Of a stretch of DNA of 64,000 nt, positions 57,101 through 64,000 are shown in pieces (position 1 is the stretch's first letter; each line of letters opens with the position of its first letter). The position numbers were made by a program, and so were the translations under genes. The stretch lies in assembly GCF_009914755.1 (NCBI RefSeq), contig NC_060928.1; one strand, written 5' to 3'. This DNA comes from the human T2T-CHM13v2.0 reference genome, Homo sapiens. The notes under the pieces are model-generated. The model saw nothing but the letters and a program-made list of their open reading frames with translations. It searched no databases and was not told the DNA's origin.

Positions 57101-60100
57101 TATGTACAGTATATAATATATAGTTTGGGTAGTTTGATATTTTTAGTACAGTATGTAATATATAGTTTGTTTTATTTGATATTTTATGTACACTATACAA
57201 TATATAGTATTGGTACTTTCATATTTCATGTAAAGTATATAGTTTGAGTACTTTGATATTTTATATGCAGTTTATTATAAATGTTTGGGTACCTTCATAT
57301 TTTATGTACAGTATATAATACATACTTTGGGAACTTTTATTTTATGTGCAGTATATAATACATACTTTGGGTACTTTGATATTTCATGTACAGTATATAA
57401 TACACACTTTGGGTATTTTGATATTTTATGTACAGTATATAATACACACTTTGGGTAGTTTGATATTTTATGTACAGTATATAATACATACTTTGGGTAC
57501 TTTGATGTATTATGTACAGTATATAATACATAGTTTGGGTACTTTTTATTTTATGTACAGTATATAATACATACTTTGGGTACTTTGATATTTTATGTAC
57601 AGTATGTAATACACACTTTGGGTACTTTGATATTTTATGTACAGTATGTAAAACATACTTTGGGTAGTTTGATATATTATGTACAGTATATAATACATAC
57701 TTTGGGTACTCTGATATTTTATGTACAGTGTATAATACATACTTTGGGTACTTTGATATTTTTGTACAGTATATAATACATACATTGGGTACTTTGATAT
57801 ATTATGTACAGTATATAATACTTACTTGGGGTATGTTGATATTTTATGTACAGTATATAATGCATACTTTGGGTACTTTGATATTTTATGTACAGTATAT
57901 AATGCATACTTTGAGTACTTTGATATTTTATGTACAGTATGTAATACATACTTTGGGTACTTTGATATTTTATGTGCAGTATAAAATATATAGTTTTGGT
58001 ACTTTGATATTTTATGTACAGTTTATAGTTTGAGTACTTTGATATTTTATGTACAGTTTATTATAAATGTTTGGGTACTTTCATATTTGATGTACAGTAT
58101 TTAATACATAATTTGGGCACTTTGATATTTTATGTACAGTATATAATACATACTTTGGGTACTTTTCTATTTTATGCACAGTATATAATACATACTTTGT
58201 TTACTTTGATATTTAATGTACAGTATATAATACACAGTTTGCGTACTTTGATATTTTATGTAAAGCATGTAATACATAATTTGGGCAGTTTGATATTTTA
58301 TGTACAGTATGTAATACACACTTTGGGTACTTTGATATTTTATGTACAGTATGTAAAACATACTTTGGGTAGTTTGATATATTATGTACAGTATATAATG
58401 CATACTTTGGGTACTCTGATATTTTATGTACAGTGTATAATACGTACTTTGGGTACTTTGATATTTTATGTACAGTATATAATACATACATTGGGTACTT
58501 TGATATATTATGTACAGTATATAATACTTGGGGTACTTTGATATTTTATGTACAGTATATAATACATACTTTGTGTACTTTGATATTTTATGTACAGTAT
58601 ATAATACATACTTTGGGTACTTTCATATTTTATGTACAGTATATAATACATACTTTGGGTATCTTGATATTTTATGTACAGCATATAATGCATACTTTGG
58701 GTACTTTGATATTTTATGTACAGTATATAATGCATACTTTGAGTACTTTGATATTTTATGTACAGTATGTAATACATACTTTGGGTACTTTGATATTTTA
58801 TGTATAGTATATAATACATACTTTGTGTAGTTTGATATTTTATGTACAGTATACAATATATAGTTTGAGTACTTTGATATTTTATGTCCAGTATAAAATG
58901 TATAGTTTTCCTAATTGATATTTTATGTACAGAATATAGTTTGAGTACTTTGATATTTTATGTACACTTTATTATAAATGTTTGGGTACTTTCATATTTT
59001 ATGTACAGTATATAATACATACTTTGGTCTCTTTGATGTTTTATGTACAGTATATAATACATACTTTGGGTTCTTTGATATTTTATGTGCAGAATATAAT
59101 GCATAGTTTTAGGTACTTTTATATTTTATGTACAGTATATAATACATACTTTGGGTACTTTGATATTTTATGTACAGTATATAATACATACTTTGGGAAC
59201 TTTGATATTTTATGTACAGTATGTAATACATACTTTGGGTACTTTGATATTTTATGTACAGTATACAATATATAGTTTGAGTACTTTGATATTTTATGTC
59301 CAGTATAAAATACATAGATTTCATACTTTGATATTTTATGTACAGAATATAGTTTGAGTACTTTGATATTTTATGTACACTTTATCATAAAAGTTTGGGT
59401 ACTTTCATATTTTACGTACAGTATATAATACATACTTTGGGCACTTTGATGTTTTATGTACAGTATATAATACATACTTTGGGTTCTTTGATATGTTATG
59501 TACAGCATATAATACATAATTTGGGGACTTTTATATTTTATGTACATTATATAATACATACTTTGGGTACTTTTATATTTTATGTACGGTATATAATACA
59601 TACTTTGGGTACTTTGATATATTATGTACAGTATATAATACATACTTTGGGTACTTTGATATATTATGTACAGTATATAATACATACTTAGGGTACTTTG
59701 ACATTTTATGTACAGTACATAATACATACCTTGGGTACTTTGATATTTTATGTACAGTATATAATACATACTTTGGGTACTTTGATATTTTATGTACAGT
59801 ATATAATACATGTTTTGGGTACTTTTATATTTTATGTACAGTATATAATATATAGTTTGGGTACTTTGATATTTTATGTACGGTATATAATACATACTTT
59901 GGGTACTTTGATATTTTATGTTCAGTATATAATACATACTTTGGGTACTTTGATATTTTATGTACAGTATATAATACATACTTTGGGTACTTTGATATTT
60001 AATGTACAGTATATAATACACACTTTGCGTACTTTGATATTTTATGTAAAGTATGTAATACATACTTTGGGTACTTTGATATTTTATGTACAGTATGTAA

Positions 60101-63100
60101 TACACGCTTTGGGTACTTTGATATTTTATGTAGAGTATGTAAAACATACTTTGGGTAGTTTGGTATTTTATGATCAGTATATAATACATATTTTGGGTAC
60201 TTTGATATTTTATGTACAGTATATAATACATACTTTGGGTACTTTGATATTTTATGTACAGTATATAATGCATAATTTGGGTACTTCAATAGTTTATGCA
60301 CAGTATATAATACATACTTTGGGTAATTTGATATTTTATGTACAGTATATAATGCATACTTTGGGTACTTTGATAGTTTATGTACAGTATACAATACATA
60401 CTTTGGGTACTTTGATATTTTATGTACAGTATATAATATGTAGTTTGGGTACTTTGATATTTTAACTACAGTATATAATACATACTTTGGGTACTTGGAT
60501 ATTTTATCTACAGTATATAATAGATACTTTGGGTACTTTGATATATTATGTACAGTATATAATACATAGTTTGGTTACTTTGATATTTTTTGTACAGTAT
60601 GTAAAATATAGTTTGGGGAGTTTGATATTTTATGAACAGTATATAATACACATTTTGGGTACTTTGATATTTTATGTACGGTATATAATACATACTTTGG
60701 GTACTTTGATATTTTATGTACAGTATATAATTCATACTTTGGGTACTTTGATATTTTATGTACAGTATATAATACATACATTGGGTACTTCGATATTTTA
60801 TGTGCAGTACCCTATATATAGTTTGGGTACTTTGATATTTTATGTCCAGTATAAAATAAATAGTTTTGGTACTTTGATATTTTATATACAGTATATAGTT
60901 TGAGTACTTTGATATTTAATGTTCAGTTTATTATAAATGTTTGGGTGCTTTCATATTTTATATACAGTATATAATACATACTTTGGGCACTTTGATATTT
61001 TCTGTACAGTATATAATACATACTTTGGGTACTTTGATATTTTATGTACGGTATATAATACATACATTGGGTACTTTGATATTTTATGTACAGTATATAA
61101 TATATAGTTTGGTTACTTTGATATTTTATATACAGTATATAATATATATTATGTGTACTTTGATATATTATGTACAGTATATAATATATAGTATGGGTTG
61201 TTTGATATTTTATGTACAGTATATAATATATAGTTTGGGTAGTTTGATATTTTTAGTACAGTATGTAATATATAGTTTGTTTTATTTGATATTTTATGTA
61301 CAGTATACAATATATAGTATTGGTACTTTGATATTTCATGTAAAGTATATAGTTTGAGTACTTTGATATTTTATATGCAGTTTATTATAAATGTTTGGGT
61401 ACCTTCATATTTTATGTACAGTATATAATACATACTTTGGGAACTTTTATTTTATGTGCAGTATATAATACATACTTTGGGTACTTTGATATTTCATGTA
61501 CAGTATATAATACACACTTTGGGTACTTTGATATTTTATGTACAGTATATAATACACACTTTGGGTACTTTGATATTTTATGTACAGTATATAATACATA
61601 CTTTGGGTACTTTGATGTATTATGTACAGTATATAATACATACTTTGGGTACTTTGATATTTTATGTACAGTATATAATACATACTTTGGGTACTTTGAT
61701 ATTTTATGTACAGTATGTAATACACACTTTGGGTACTTTGATATTTTATGTACAGTATGTAAAACATACTTTGGGTAGTTTGATATATTATGTACAGTAT
61801 ATAATACATACTTTGGGTACTCTGATATTTTATGTACAGTGTATAATACATACTTTGGGTACTTTGATATTTTATGTACAGTATATAATACATACTTTGG
61901 GTACTTTGATATTTTATGTACAGTATATAATACTTACTTGGGGTATCTTGATATTTTATGTACAGTATATAATGCATACTTTGGGTACTTTGATATTTTA
62001 TGTACAGTATATAATGCATACTTTGAGTACTTTGATATTTTATGTACAGTATGTAATACATACTTTGGGTACTTTGATATTTTATGTATAGTATATAATA
62101 CATACTTTGTGTAGTTTGATATTTTATGTACAGTATACAATATATAGTTTGAGTACTTTGATATTTTATGTCCAGTATAAAATATATAGTTTTCCTAATT
62201 GATATTTTATGTACAGAATATAGTTTGAGTACTTTGATATTTTATGTACACTTTATTATAAATGTTTGGGTAATTTCATATTTTATGTACAGTATATAAT
62301 ACATACTTTGGTCTCTTTGATGTTTTATGTACAGTATATAATACATACTTTGGGTTCTTTGATATTTTATGTACAGAATATAATGCATAGTTTTAGGTAC
62401 TTTTATATTTTATGTACAGTATATAATACATACTTTGGGTACTTTGATATTTTATGTACAGTATATAATACATACTTTGGGTACTTTGATATTTTATGTA
62501 CAGTATATAATACATATTATTGGTACTTTGATATTTTATGTACAGTATACAATATATAGTTTGAGTACTTTGATATTTTATGTCCAGTATAAAATACATA
62601 GATTTCATACTTTGATATTTTATGTACAGAATATAGTTTGAGTACTTTGATATTTTATGTACACTTTATCATAAAAGTTTGGGTACTTTCATATTTTACG
62701 TACAGTATATAATACATACTTTGGGCACTTTGATGTTTTATGTACAGTATATAATACATACTTTGGGTTCTTTGATATGTTATGTACAGCATATAGTACA
62801 TAATTTGGGGAATTTTATATTTTATGTACATTATATAATACATACTTTGGGTACTTTTATATTTTATGTACGGTATATAATACATACTTTGGGTACTTTG
62901 GTATATTATGTACAGTATATAATACATACTTTGGGTACTTTGATATATTATGTACAGTATATAATACATACTTAGGGTACTTTGACATTTTATGTACAGT
63001 ACATAATACATACTTTGGGTACTTTGATATTTTATGTACAGTATATAATACATACTTTGGGTACTTTGATATTTTATGTACAGTATATAATACATGTTTT

Positions 63101-64000
63101 GGGTACTTTTACATTTTATGTACAGTATATAATATATAGTTTGGGTACTTTGATATTTTATGTACGGTATATAATACATACTTTGGGTACTTTGATATTT
63201 TATGTACAGTATATAATACATACTTTGGGTACTTTGATAATTTATGTACAGTATATAATACATACTTTGGGTACTTTGATATTTAATGTACAGTATATAA
63301 TACACACTTTGCGTACTTTGATATTTTATGTAAAGTATGTAATACATACTTTGGGTAGTTTGATATTTTATGTACAGTATGTAATACACGCTTTGGGTAC
63401 TTTGATATTTTATGTAGAGTATGTAAAACATACTTTGGGTAGTTTGGTATTTTATGATCAGTATATAATACATATTTTGGGTACTTTGATATTTTATGTA
63501 CAGTATATAATACATACTTTGGGTACTTTGATATTTTATGTACAGTATATAATGCATAATTTGGGTACTTCAATAGTTTATGCACAGTATATAATACATA
63601 CTTTGGGTAATTTGATATTTTATGTACAGTATATAATGCATACTTTGGGTACTTTGATAGTTTATGTACAGTATACAATACATACTTTGGGTACTTTGAT
63701 ATTTTATGTACAGTATATAATATGTAGTTTGGGTACTTTGATATTTTAACTACAGTATATAATACATACTTTGGGTACTTTGATATTTTATCTACAGTAT
63801 ATAATAGATACTTTGGGTACTTTGATATATTATGTACAGTATATAATACATAGTTTGGTTACTTTGATATTTTTTGTACAGTATGTAAAACATACTTTGG
63901 GGAGTTTGATATTTTATGAACAGTATATAATACACATTTTGGGTACTTTGATATTTTATGTACGGTATATAATACATACTTTGGGTACTTTGATATTTTA
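42121..64000. repeat. Homogeneous higher-order domain: related super-units at offsets 7906/7948 and 7398/7394 bp
   Basis: Offset 7906: 42121/50027, 42767/50673, 45187/53093, 46095/54001. Offset 7398: 50673/58071. Offset 7394: 51588/58982, 53093/60487, 54872/62266, 55261/62655. Confidence 0.9.
51588..54871. repeat. One unit of a 3284-bp (79-monomer) higher-order repeat made of four blocks (413+1546+454+871 bp); a 3242-bp variant lies at 6576-9817 and 43682-46923
   Basis: Offset 3284 for 51588/54872, 53093/56377, 53547/56831 and 58982/62266. Offset 3242 for 6576/9818 and 43682/46924. Block lengths fit 76+42n with small indels. Confidence 0.85.

Larger units (their letters stand above)
1..64000. 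repeat. 42-bp AT-rich tandem satellite array, HSat1A (classical satellite I / SAR) type; about 1,500 monomers, T-rich strand on +
   Basis: Consensus GTACTTTGATATTTTAT|GTACAGTATATAATACATACTTTGG repeats from base 1 to 64000. The 17+25 bp subunits bounded by RsaI GTAC sites are the established hallmark of human satellite I. ORFs show a 14-aa period (LGTLIFYVQYIIHT). The family name is from recognition; the chromosome of origin cannot be determined here. Confidence 0.96.

Noticed and set aside
21-63977. Hundreds of ORFs up to about 300 aa on both strands (LGTLIFYVQYIIHT, YYILYIKYQSTQSM and YFDILCTVYNT repeats)
   Set aside because: The 42-bp monomer is a multiple of 3 and stop-free in several frames. 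ORFs overlap on both strands, end at cassettes or point variants, and resemble no protein family. Repeat translation cannot be excluded, but nothing supports it.
1-64000. CRISPR-like array (constant repeat plus variable spacer)
   Set aside because: The 'spacers' are point variants of one 25-bp subunit, not unique sequences, and there are no cas genes or leader.
1-64000. Alpha satellite/CENP-B boxes, HSat1B or HSat2/3
   Set aside because: No 171-bp period, no CENP-B box seen, no CATTC repeats, and no Alu-containing 2.4-kb unit.
1-64000. G-quadruplex from the GGG in each monomer
   Set aside because: The G-runs are 39 nt apart, far beyond normal G4 loop lengths.
1-64000. Assignment to a specific chromosome, or a strict 378-bp higher-order repeat
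   Set aside because: No unique flanking sequence is present. Block lengths vary (244-1840 bp), so a regular 9-mer period is not evident by eye; this needs alignment to reference arrays.

Overview
The whole 64 kb window is one uninterrupted, single-orientation, very AT-rich tandem satellite array. The 42-bp consensus monomer is GTACTTTGATATTTTAT (17 bp) + GTACAGTATATAATACATACTTTGG (25 bp), with two RsaI GTAC sites per monomer. This matches, from recognition rather than a database search, human/hominid classical satellite I, i.e. HSat1A (SAR). I see no genes, RNA genes, transposon insertions or strand switches; every ORF is a 14-codon artefact of the 42-bp period. The array is internally structured. 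About 80 copies of an ordered 'punctuation' cassette with shortened 35-bp and 41-bp monomers cut it into blocks of 76+42n bp. These blocks form nested higher-order repeats (about 0.9, 1.2, 2.0, 2.9, 3.3, 3.7, 7.4-7.9 and 33-37 kb offsets), with homogeneous flanks and a more diverged mosaic core (about 12.9-35.4 kb). The most notable points are: a dense cluster of GGG substitutions starting exactly at a 244-bp deletion junction (29.83-30.18 kb); a perfect Pumilio element (UGUACAUA) in most monomers on the minus strand; AATAAA signals tied to the cassettes; and variants that perfect a quasi-palindrome. All offsets were derived by eye from the sequence and the ORF track, not from a computed alignment.
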